DNA of 64,000 bases from a virus. Its lineage: Duplodnaviria > Caudoviricetes. The notes beneath the pieces were generated by a model that searched no databases, was not told the DNA's origin, and saw only the letters and a list, made by a program, of their open reading frames with translations. Positions 37,302-45,053 of this stretch are shown here, piece by piece. The stretch lies in the IMG/VR virus record IMGVR_UViG_3300029288_000065, positions 128,001 through 192,000 of that record; one strand, given 5' to 3'. The position numbers were made by a program, and so were the translations under genes. How positions within the stretch are numbered: position 1 is the stretch's first letter; each line of letters starts with the position of its first letter.

Positions 37302-38015
37302 CTATTCGTAGTATCCAATGGCATTCTTGTACAGAACGCCGAGATTGTCTTCCAGTCCACATTTATTGCACTTCATATTACACACATTATTTGTTAGTTC
37401 TTCCAGAGTTGAGTCAACTGATCCAATCTTGTAACAGAATGGAGTTTCACCAGCTACTATACTCCCATCAATGTTTATTGAAGGAGTACACATCTTCATG
37501 CGTTGTCTTATGATATTGATGCCTTCTGTGATACTTCCGCATGTTCTTGTTGTACTTCTGAGGTTGAAACACATTGGGGCAGTTCTGTCACTTGGGATTT
37601 CATTTTCAATAGCTCTTCCAAGGGCTGTAATTGTTCGGATATGGTCTTCATAGGTGAATAATGGGTGTTCGAATTTTTCTACTTTTGTTTTATAGTAACG
37701 TGGGTCATTGGTTACCTGGACGCAAATTCCCAGTCCGATTATTGCGTCTCTGAGTTTTACATTCCCGATAAATGTGCCATTACTTAGTAATATTACCATT
37801 TTGAAGTTTTCTTTTGATAATTTTAGGAATTCGAGGATTTGTGGATGTTCTGTCGGTTCTCCGCCTGAGATTAGTATAATTGGGAGAGTATTTCTAGATA
37901 CGAAGGAAACTACTTTCTTGAATGTCTCCATTGTCATGTGTTCACCGTCTGGTTTGGCGTCAACCATACAGTGAGAGCATCCCATGTGGCATCTCTGTGT
38001 GATTCTGACTAGCAT
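37302..38015 (-). CDS. Radical SAM protein with Cys-rich (SPASM/twitch-like) C-terminus
   Basis: CHMGCSHC, ISGGEPTEHP, LSNG, CTPSINIDG, CNMKCNKC. Confidence 0.85.
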   Translation of the reverse strand: MLVRITQRCHMGCSHCMVDAKPDGEHMTMETFKKVVSFVSRNTLPIILISGGEPTEHPQILEFLKLSKENFKMVILLSNGTFIGNVKLRDAIIGLGICVQVTNDPRYYKTKVEKFEHPLFTYEDHIRTITALGRAIENEIPSDRTAPMCFNLRSTTRTCGSITEGINIIRQRMKMCTPSINIDGSIVAGETPFCYKIGSVDSTLEELTNNVCNMKCNKCGLEDNLGVLYKNAIGYYE

Positions 38016-38016
38016 G

Positions 38017-38232
38017 TCAGATCTCCGTTAGGCTTAGGACTTTAGCACCTGCCAGAGCGATATCCTTACATTCTTCTTCACTTAGTCCTGTCAGATGTTG
38101 TATATCTCTTGGGTGAGTGTTTTCGTTGGCCAGTGCTGCGAAAGCATTTAACACTGTTTTCAGTGTCATTCCATGGCCTTCGAACACTGGCTTGTTTAGG
38201 ATTGCTCTTACGTGTGGGGTTAGTTTGGTCAT
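38017..38232 (-). CDS. Hypothetical protein
   Basis: Operon spacing. Confidence 0.55.
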   Translation of the reverse strand: MTKLTPHVRAILNKPVFEGHGMTLKTVLNAFAALANENTHPRDIQHLTGLSEEECKDIALAGAKVLSLTEI

Positions 38233-38233
38233 G

Positions 38234-38521
38234 TCATTTCCCTTTCAATGCCACTGGTTCATCAAAGAAACCGGTGAATGCTTTTTTGTTGCGCCATAGC
38301 ATGACCTGTTCATGACTCCCATAAACGGCGTGGTGGACGGTATGCTTTCCTTTAACTTGGCAGTATGTTTTGGATTGGTGTCCTGGTCCGTGGTGGAGGA
38401 CTGCCAGACAGAGGCCTTCTTTTTTGCGCCTGGCTTCTGTTTTACAGATTGGGCATTTTGGTCCAAAGAATATGCTGTGTTTCTTGCAACTAGAGAGATG
38501 TCGTAGGTGTTGATTCCTCAT
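38234..38521 (-). CDS. Cys/His-rich metal-binding hypothetical protein
   Basis: GGAG before MRNQ; CKKH, CPIC, HHGPGHQS..YC...H..H. Confidence 0.6.
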   Translation of the reverse strand: MRNQHLRHLSSCKKHSIFFGPKCPICKTEARRKKEGLCLAVLHHGPGHQSKTYCQVKGKHTVHHAVYGSHEQVMLWRNKKAFTGFFDEPVALKGK

Positions 38522-38534
38522 GGTTTGTCTCCAG

Positions 38535-38822
38535 CTAGAAATATTTCTCAGCCTCTGCTCGTCGTACTGCACAAGAGATACCCCTTGAGGTAGCCTTGAA
38601 CTGAGAGAATGACCATCCTTCTTTACTTGGACAACATCGGGCGCTGACGGATATCTTACCATCGGAAACGGAAATAGTGACGCTTCCACGGTCAGTAGAA
38701 TACCCAATGCTTCGGATCAAACCATTCACTATATAGGGACTCCATCCAGAGGAGGTGTTGAGCTTTCTTAGAACCTGTCTTAGAAGATTGTCTTCCTGTC
38801 CTAGCTTTTTTAGGTTCCTCAT
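38535..38822 (-). CDS. Hypothetical protein
   Basis: ATGA overlap with the radical SAM gene. Confidence 0.5.
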   Translation of the reverse strand: MRNLKKLGQEDNLLRQVLRKLNTSSGWSPYIVNGLIRSIGYSTDRGSVTISVSDGKISVSARCCPSKEGWSFSQFKATSRGISCAVRRAEAEKYF

Positions 38823-39688
38823 GCCAATTCCTTTCTTGGGTCAACTGGTAGTCCTGTGTTCATATCTTCAGTTACTTTATTCTCGTGATCGCTCCAGATG
38901 GCATTGATTGTCTGGTTTCCGACTTTCTTCCAGGCGTCCATCCAGATTTTTCTTTGTTCTGCTTTCCATTTGGCATATTTCTCTTTGTCGGTTATAATTG
39001 GGGAGATTTGATTCCAACAGTCGATTCCTGCTTTGGACATGTTGATTACTGATTGTTTATAGGGCATCATTGGGTCTACGAAGAATTGGTGGATATTGGA
39101 TTGTACTGCTTCTAATAGGATTGTTTCTGCTAGTCCATCTGAGATTATTGGTACGATTGGGGCGATGTTTAGGTATACTCTTATTCCTGCTTGGGTGAAT
39201 TTTCTGACGACGTCAAACCTGGCAATATTACCTTGGGCATGCTCTAGGAGAGAGCGATATTTTTCGTGGATTGGTGTGATTGTCATGTGGAGGTTGGCGT
39301 TTGTCCCTTTCTTGAATAGGTCAAGATCTTCTAGGACTAGTGGCGATTTTGTGTATACTCCGGTTTTGGTTGATCCTGAGCCGATTAGTTTTGTTAGGAT
39401 GTGTCTGGTTAGGCGATATGTGGTTTCTGCTGGTTGGTAGGGGTCTGTGAAGGTTCCGATGCAGATTCGTTTTCCTTTGATATTTTTGAGTTCTTTGTCG
39501 AGTTTGGTTTTGATGTGTTCTCTGACTCGGACGAATTGTCCCCAGGCTTCGGGGTCTTTGATGAAGAATTGGACGTAGCAGTAGGCACATCCGTGTTCGC
39601 ATCCGACATATGGGTTACAGCACACGTCGTACCACCGAAAATTTGTGGGGGTAATAACTTTTGTCTTCCGAGCTTCTGTTATTTTCAT
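38819..39688 (-). CDS. Radical SAM protein, SplB-like/COG1533 family (second paralog)
   Basis: NPYVGCEHGCAYCY, TDPYQPAE, YTKSPLVLEDLD; AAGGAGG RBS. Confidence 0.88.
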   Translation of the reverse strand: MKITEARKTKVITPTNFRWYDVCCNPYVGCEHGCAYCYVQFFIKDPEAWGQFVRVREHIKTKLDKELKNIKGKRICIGTFTDPYQPAETTYRLTRHILTKLIGSGSTKTGVYTKSPLVLEDLDLFKKGTNANLHMTITPIHEKYRSLLEHAQGNIARFDVVRKFTQAGIRVYLNIAPIVPIISDGLAETILLEAVQSNIHQFFVDPMMPYKQSVINMSKAGIDCWNQISPIITDKEKYAKWKAEQRKIWMDAWKKVGNQTINAIWSDHENKVTEDMNTGLPVDPRKELA

Positions 39689-39736
39689 GCTGCCTCCTTG
39701 TTGGAGTAGTATCATTTTTTGTGAGAAGAGTGAAGA

Positions 39737-39885
39737 GGGGTGGCCAATGGGTGCCTCTCTACCAGTCAGCAATAGCTAAGGTAGCAGACATCCCCCAATC
39801 CTGTGGATCAGAGTGGTCCACAACATTTCCAGGGTCGCTGGATATGCTATACGCGAGACTGGAAGGAAGTCCACTGGTCACCCCC
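39737..39885. ncRNA. Candidate rod-like structured RNA (~150 nt)
   Basis: Nested complementary arms: ggggtggccaatgg/ccactggtcacccc, ccagtc/gactgg, atagc/gctat, tgtgga/tccaca. GC-rich island in an intergenic gap. Confidence 0.5.
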
Positions 39886-39893
39886 GTCCAACA

Positions 39894-40226
39894 CTAAAAT
39901 CCATCTCCAATCAATTCTCTCATATTATGAAATAATAATCTTATTTGTAAATATCTTTCAGTAGTTACTATATGACATATGTTATAAACAACATAATCAA
40001 TATTAAATTCGGCAGGATTTGCAAGATCCCAAGTCATGGTCCTGCATTTTCGTTGGAGAGTAAGAGTCAGATACTGACCAATGATTTCTATTCTACAATA
40101 TTGCATACCTTTTTTATCAGAAATTTGTAGACTTTGTGTATAGTTGGTTATCCACATTTCATCGTCTAATGTTGTCAGACGGTTCATTATTTCTTGTAAA
40201 ATTTTGTCCGTCTCAGATATTTCCAT
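39894..40226 (-). CDS. DP-motif family protein
   Basis: TWDLANPAEFNIDYV. Confidence 0.6.
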   Translation of the reverse strand: MEISETDKILQEIMNRLTTLDDEMWITNYTQSLQISDKKGMQYCRIEIIGQYLTLTLQRKCRTMTWDLANPAEFNIDYVVYNICHIVTTERYLQIRLLFHNMRELIGDGF

Positions 40227-40488
40227 CTCTTATCCCCAGTTCTTCTTTTATTGCTTTTTGTTGGTTTTTTCTACCAAGGTGGTAGGCGGCTGATAATAGT
40301 GGAGCAAGAGAACATGGAATTAGGTATGTCTGTAAGTTGACATATCCGCCTTTATCTGGTTCTCTGACGGTGATTTCCCACTCATGACCAAGCGGTTTTA
40401 GAGCAAGTTCTCGTGGTACCCAAAATTCGTGAGCGTTACGTAGACCTCTAACTTCCTTTTTGAGTCGTTTCATGGTTATTGTTTTCAT
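40213..40488 (-). CDS. Hypothetical protein
   Basis: GGAGG RBS. Confidence 0.6.
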   Translation of the reverse strand: MKTITMKRLKKEVRGLRNAHEFWVPRELALKPLGHEWEITVREPDKGGYVNLQTYLIPCSLAPLLSAAYHLGRKNQQKAIKEELGIRDGNI

Positions 40489-40867
40489 TTTGTCCTCCGA
40501 TGTGAATGTATTTCTTATGGAGTAACCCTGGTGGTGGGGGTATTATCTCACCAGGACACAATTTTATTATCCCTATTCTTTCCCATATTTCTAGCAATGT
40601 CCATCCTAATTCATAAGCGTCATCTGATGCATTGTAGAGATTGGAACTTGGGTAATGAACCATTTTTATCCAGAATATTACATCAAATTCACTGACTATA
40701 AGTTGTCCATTACCTGGGGATATATAATTTTTGGAATAATTATAGAATTGAAACCATATTTCTTGTACGTCACACTTTGGATCGTTTATGTCGAGATTTA
40801 GGTTTGGTGGCTGGTATCTTTCTTGTTCCAAACCGAGTCTCCAGTTTTCTGACATTGGCAGCCTCAA
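40448..40867 (-). CDS. DP-motif family protein (N-terminal motif type)
   Basis: LDINDPKCDVQEIWFQFYNY; start uncertain. Confidence 0.6.
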   Translation of the reverse strand: MRLPMSENWRLGLEQERYQPPNLNLDINDPKCDVQEIWFQFYNYSKNYISPGNGQLIVSEFDVIFWIKMVHYPSSNLYNASDDAYELGWTLLEIWERIGIIKLCPGEIIPPPPGLLHKKYIHIGGQNENNNHETTQKGS

Positions 40868-41264
40868 ACTCTGGTATATTATCTAGATAAGCGTTTCGAT
40901 CAATAAATGGCAAACATCCACCCATAGTCTCTACGGTATCTGGTTCTGCTACGCATAGTTCTTTGAAGATCTTTTCCCATAGGAATCCTATACCAGTCCA
41001 CCATCGTCTTGTCTTATGTCCTTCTTGTGGGAGTCGTTTTCGTTCTGATTTGAGGAATCTCGCTTGGTTTAGGTGTTCTTCTGTGTTGATGGTCCAGTTT
41101 ACCAGTGCTTCCATGGCGTAATCTGCTTTTTCGTCTGTTGTCAGATGTTCTTTTCGTTCTTTTACTTGGAATGCTTTGTGTGACCAGAATTTCTTGCATT
41201 TCTTACAGTAGGTGTTGTGTCTGAAGGTGATTAGGGTTTTGCATTCTGGGCATGGGATTTCCAT
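40770..41264 (-). CDS. Zinc-ribbon hypothetical protein
   Basis: CPEC...YCKKC; GGAG RBS. Confidence 0.6.
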   Translation of the reverse strand: MEIPCPECKTLITFRHNTYCKKCKKFWSHKAFQVKERKEHLTTDEKADYAMEALVNWTINTEEHLNQARFLKSERKRLPQEGHKTRRWWTGIGFLWEKIFKELCVAEPDTVETMGGCLPFIDRNAYLDNIPEFEAANVRKLETRFGTRKIPATKPKSRHKRSKV

Positions 41265-41386
41265 GATTTTCTCCCGTGTTTTTCACCAGCTAGAAATCCT
41301 GCTTTAAATGCTCTCTTTGATAAATCTGGATAATATCCAGAAAGTTTGGATCGTTCGAAAGATTTTCTCCATGGTGCTTTCTTCAT
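41231..41386 (-). CDS. Small hypothetical protein
   Basis: AGGAG RBS; AFKAGFLAG motif. Confidence 0.5.
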   Translation of the reverse strand: MKKAPWRKSFERSKLSGYYPDLSKRAFKAGFLAGEKHGRKSWKSHAQNAKP

Positions 41387-41401
41387 TTCTTCTCCTACAA
41401 A

Positions 41402-41432
41402 AATGGGGCTGGTATTACCTACCAGCCCCATT
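41402..41432 (-). terminator. Intrinsic terminator
   Basis: 13-bp perfect stem aatggggctggta/taccagccccatt, followed by a T-run on the minus strand. Confidence 0.75.
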
Positions 41433-41452
41433 GGTCCTTGAAGAAGGGTTGC

Positions 41453-42109
41453 TTAGACTTTCGTGTAACCCTTCTTCACATATTCAGCTTCGACTTCTTC
41501 GGCGGTCTTCTTGCCGATGCGGGTCTTGCTTTCCTCGTGCCCTTCCTTATTCTGGAAGCGCACGTTGAACCGCTTGCCCTTCAGGGGATATTTCTCCCCG
41601 CCAGCGTTCTTCTTTCCGAGGCTGAGGGTTCCATCCGGGTACTTGTAGGTGTTCAGGACGTGATAGATGAGGGACTTCGAGTCGATCATCACGTGGCTCG
41701 TGAGTTCGAAGTCTTTGCAGTCGAAGGAAGATTTCTTCTGGAGGTGGACCAGACCTGCTCCACCGTTTTCCTTCATCCAGGCGTCCATGTCGAACGGAAT
41801 GGGTGCCTTTTTGACTTTGGGCTTCTTTTCCTTCTTTTCCGAAGGCTTTTCTGCCTTTTCCGCCACTGCCGGTGCCGTTGCCTGAGTAACCATGTCCTTC
41901 TCCTTTCCCTTGTCGGGAAATGCTTGGCCCGCTTGGCTCTTCGCCTCATTGGGCATCTCTGCTCTACTCTTGTGAATCAGTGCCGTGACTCCGTCCTTGT
42001 CCTTGATCTTGATCGCGTTCTTGTCAATCTCTTTAACTATTTCGTATTCATCATCAAGTGTTCCCTCTGGGCCTTTGAGCTTGATCCTGGTTCCCGCTAC
42101 GTATTCCAT
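41453..42109 (-). CDS. Lys-rich hypothetical protein, probably highly expressed
   Basis: C/G-rich synonymous usage; own candidate promoter and terminator. Confidence 0.75.
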   Translation of the reverse strand: MEYVAGTRIKLKGPEGTLDDEYEIVKEIDKNAIKIKDKDGVTALIHKSRAEMPNEAKSQAGQAFPDKGKEKDMVTQATAPAVAEKAEKPSEKKEKKPKVKKAPIPFDMDAWMKENGGAGLVHLQKKSSFDCKDFELTSHVMIDSKSLIYHVLNTYKYPDGTLSLGKKNAGGEKYPLKGKRFNVRFQNKEGHEESKTRIGKKTAEEVEAEYVKKGYTKV

Positions 42110-42160
42110 GATCGCCTCTTCTGCTGTCGCTGCGCGCACCAATAATTGCGCATTACGCTT

Positions 42161-42185
42161 GTATCAGCATGAAGTCATTTGTCAA
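42161..42185 (-). promoter_or_regulatory. Candidate promoter TTGACA-N14-GATAC
   Basis: Intergenic; perfect -35 with a non-canonical -10. Confidence 0.55.
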
Positions 42186-42204
42186 TGGGTCAGAATGTGA
42201 CTTC

Positions 42205-42498
42205 TCAGCGACGCGAATTACTCTTCCTAAGACGCGTAAGCCAGCGCTTGGGCCGATCCAAACACCTAACTTGGCTATGTATCTTCCTATAGGTATCGGC
42301 TTCATGCTTGTGGCTTTTTGGTATGAACTCAAGTCCAGATTGACCAGTAGTAACAGTATAACAATACCAATCAGTCGGTACAATACATTCACCATGCCTA
42401 TTCTTATATTGTGGATATTCAGGGGTATCAGAAATATCCCCACCAGTAATAACTTGGACAGAAGATGAAGACACATTATAAGCAGGATATATATTCAT
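42205..42498 (-). CDS. Hypothetical protein
   Basis: GGAG RBS before MNIY. Confidence 0.5.
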   Translation of the reverse strand: MNIYPAYNVSSSSVQVITGGDISDTPEYPQYKNRHGECIVPTDWYCYTVTTGQSGLEFIPKSHKHEADTYRKIHSQVRCLDRPKRWLTRLRKSNSRR

Positions 42499-42555
42499 GA
42501 GAAGCTCCAATACTTAAATACATTTCTCATTATTATTCCTCCTAATGGTTATTGT

Positions 42556-42564
42556 CAAAAATAT
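42556..42564 (+). promoter_or_regulatory. Candidate late promoter CAAAAATAT
   Basis: Upstream of the two-gene + strand island. Confidence 0.6.
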
Positions 42565-42582
42565 CTAAAACAGGAGAGAACC

Positions 42583-42867
42583 ATGAAACTAGACGCTATA
42601 CAATCTGATCAAAGAAAAGTTGAAAATCTCATCAAAGAAAATGTCATAACCGAACAAGATGTCCAAGAAAAAGGTAATCTAAATACCGTAAAAAAACTAT
42701 CAGACTGGGTTGCAAAATATAACGAAGACATGAAAAAAGCCCTGGACCTGAACGATATTCGTAATGCCAGATTACACTTGGCAGAAGTTAAGTACGCTTG
42801 CTCACAAATGGAAGATCACTTGACGATGCTGGCGAAGGAGATGGGATTGCCAGACTTTGATTTCTAA
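42583..42867 (+). CDS. Putative internal head protein
   Basis: MKL start; LIKE/VITE motifs; AGGAG RBS. Confidence 0.6.
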   Translation: MKLDAIQSDQRKVENLIKENVITEQDVQEKGNLNTVKKLSDWVAKYNEDMKKALDLNDIRNARLHLAEVKYACSQMEDHLTMLAKEMGLPDFDF

Positions 42868-42874
42868 GGATACC

Positions 42875-43258
42875 ATGGAACCCTCTCAAATAGCATCGTT
42901 GATCACCGAAGACATCCATGATAATAATGGACTTATACTCGAACATAAATGGAAAGATATTAAATATTTGTTGTCAAATTGGAGACAGATACCAGTATTG
43001 GCTGATAGATATGGGAGACCATTATATAATCCTGAACTTATAAATGATAATGATTTTATGACCAATATTGTAGAAATACTCAACAAAGATGAATATTATC
43101 ATGGTACATTTGGTCAAGAACAAAATCTACAACTACTTGCTGATCGTTTGGCAGATGCGAAGAAATATCATAAGCCAGGTCTGATGGGTGCTGGACATTC
43201 TCCAGGTCGTTTGGAACGAAGCGGTTATGAGAAACGTCATCCAGTAGAGCGTGTTTGA
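42875..43258 (+). CDS. Putative internal head protein
   Basis: MEPSQIASLITED...LILE. Confidence 0.55.
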   Translation: MEPSQIASLITEDIHDNNGLILEHKWKDIKYLLSNWRQIPVLADRYGRPLYNPELINDNDFMTNIVEILNKDEYYHGTFGQEQNLQLLADRLADAKKYHKPGLMGAGHSPGRLERSGYEKRHPVERV

Positions 43259-43461
43259 ATTTCCAGAACCAATTCTTCTTCAGATTTAAATTCTCTAAGT
43301 TCTCCATTGAAGTAGAAGATTATATCTTCGCTTTCTGGATTTCCGTTTTGGTCTATTTTTATGATTGCTTCTTTACAGACGTTGTACTTTACATCTCTAA
43401 AGAGGATATTATATGTTCCACCGAGATCTTTGGCGCAGCATTGTTCCCAGGTGAATGTCAT
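43237..43461 (-). CDS. Hypothetical protein
   Basis: AGGAGG RBS. Confidence 0.55.
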   Translation of the reverse strand: MTFTWEQCCAKDLGGTYNILFRDVKYNVCKEAIIKIDQNGNPESEDIIFYFNGELREFKSEEELVLEIQTRSTG

Positions 43462-43482
43462 TTTATCCTCCTTTCAAGACTT

Positions 43483-43824
43483 CTATGATGACACCGTTCT
43501 GTATGGATCTTCCATTATCATCTTATCAATTACTTCCGAAATATATCTTGGGTTACAATCTGGGTCTGAGAAATCTTTTTCAAAAATAATTTCTCCAGGT
43601 TCTAATACTGGTTGGATAGAAAATTTATCCCTCCTAATAGTAATCCCACTATCAGTTATACTAAGGGAACCAAGGACATAATGGTTTTGTCCATCTTTGA
43701 TAATGAATATATCATGGTTATTGAAATGATTATTCGTATTATGAAACCAGATATATCCTTCCGTAAGTCTGATATGGTCCATAAAATCTCTAAGGATTAC
43801 TCTGGACATTTCCATCTTTTTCAC
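43483..43824 (-). CDS. DP-motif family protein
   Basis: KDFSDPDCNPRYISEVI. Confidence 0.65.
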   Translation of the reverse strand: MKKMEMSRVILRDFMDHIRLTEGYIWFHNTNNHFNNHDIFIIKDGQNHYVLGSLSITDSGITIRRDKFSIQPVLEPGEIIFEKDFSDPDCNPRYISEVIDKMIMEDPYRTVSS

Positions 43825-44206
43825 CCTCCGACTTAAATTGCTCTAGAATAATATCGATAGATTTGGGGTCATTGAGATTGGTTAATGGCAATTCTTTGGA
43901 CCATCCAGATGGCATTGTGTGACTTTCAATCCATTTTTGGTAAGAAACTTCTCCATTTATATGGACGACTACAATTATATCATAATAACAGATATTAAAT
44001 CCTATTGCTGGCCCAAGAGTTATACCACCTGGTCTTTCATATTCAACGTTTAAGAAGACTTCTCGCGTATTAACTTTTTCTATTACTTGTGTTACTAATT
44101 TTACTGCTAATGATGCTATTTCTTCTCCAAAAGATTTTCTGATCTCTACGTAACGGAGTTGGTTTCTTTTAAGCATATTTGGTCTTGCTGGTGATTTGTT
44201 CCACAT
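43790..44206 (-). CDS. DP-motif family protein
   Basis: TNLNDPKSIDIILEQF; GGAGG RBS. Confidence 0.65.
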   Translation of the reverse strand: MWNKSPARPNMLKRNQLRYVEIRKSFGEEIASLAVKLVTQVIEKVNTREVFLNVEYERPGGITLGPAIGFNICYYDIIVVVHINGEVSYQKWIESHTMPSGWSKELPLTNLNDPKSIDIILEQFKSEGEKDGNVQSNP

Positions 44207-44277
44207 GATGTATTCCTCCGAAAGCTTTTAGTATAATTTGGGCTGGTGGGTGCCGCTTCCTTGTCCCGAGATGACTA

Positions 44278-44302
44278 GTATCGCAGGTCATTCCCGACTC
44301 AA
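44278..44302 (-). promoter_or_regulatory. Candidate promoter TTGAGT-N14-GATAC
   Basis: Intergenic; same spacing as the 33746 and 42161 sites. Confidence 0.5.
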
Positions 44303-44337
44303 TGAGTTAGGTAGCCCACGCAATCGCCTTTCGGCTC

Positions 44338-44949
44338 TCATGGTGCGGGACGAGTTTGAAGAGGTCCACCAGCCCAAATGAGTATGTTCTTATCTTTGTG
44401 CCCTGTCTTATCAATCGCATAAATCGAAGCCAACTTCCAAAGTGGTTTCCTTTGTTTTAATATTCCCTTTATTTCTAGAGCAAACTCTGGATCTTTCATT
44501 TTCTCAATATTATTTTCATATCTACCAATATATAATGACTTTAATTCGTCATTTTCATTATAAGCCCATGCCTTAACTTTTAAGCCAGAATGACTGATTT
44601 CTTCTGATTTTAACGGTACGTATATTGGTGCTGCTTTTCGTTTGTTTAGGTGACGGTCCAGACAAATCTCAACTGTGACAATCATAGCATTCCAGACAAC
44701 AAATGTGAATAGTCCCGATCTGAAAAAGATTGTATCATTCCCATATCTTTTTAATCGGACTTTGTCTTTCGCAGTTAAATTGATAACTTTGTCAGCTTGA
44801 TGGAAGCGTTTACAGAATTCTTCAAGCATATTGGTTTTCTTCCCGTTGGGGAATAACCTTGCCCAACGAGAAGAAAACCGCCACATTGCATGGTCTGTAA
44901 TTCCAAGTGTAATTATTTTCCCTTTTTTGTTCTTGTAACTCGGAAGCAT
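44338..44949 (-). CDS. Hypothetical protein (N-terminal ITDHA..RF motif, RelE/BECR-like or DUF4258-like)
   Basis: ITDHAMWRF...FVV...IVTV pattern. Confidence 0.55.
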   Translation of the reverse strand: MLPSYKNKKGKIITLGITDHAMWRFSSRWARLFPNGKKTNMLEEFCKRFHQADKVINLTAKDKVRLKRYGNDTIFFRSGLFTFVVWNAMIVTVEICLDRHLNKRKAAPIYVPLKSEEISHSGLKVKAWAYNENDELKSLYIGRYENNIEKMKDPEFALEIKGILKQRKPLWKLASIYAIDKTGHKDKNILIWAGGPLQTRPAP

Positions 44950-45053
44950 AATTACCTATCCAGGAGGTAGCGCTCCACCAACCATCCTTCCTTACCTTTT
45001 TGTGGACCGGTTTGGACACGGACGTAGTAATCACGCCACACATCATTACTGTA

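Noticed and set aside
39858-39872. GGAAGGAAG resembling the SRP RNA loop
   Set aside because: Lacks the flanking CAGG/GCAG signature and is paired within the rod structure rather than apical.
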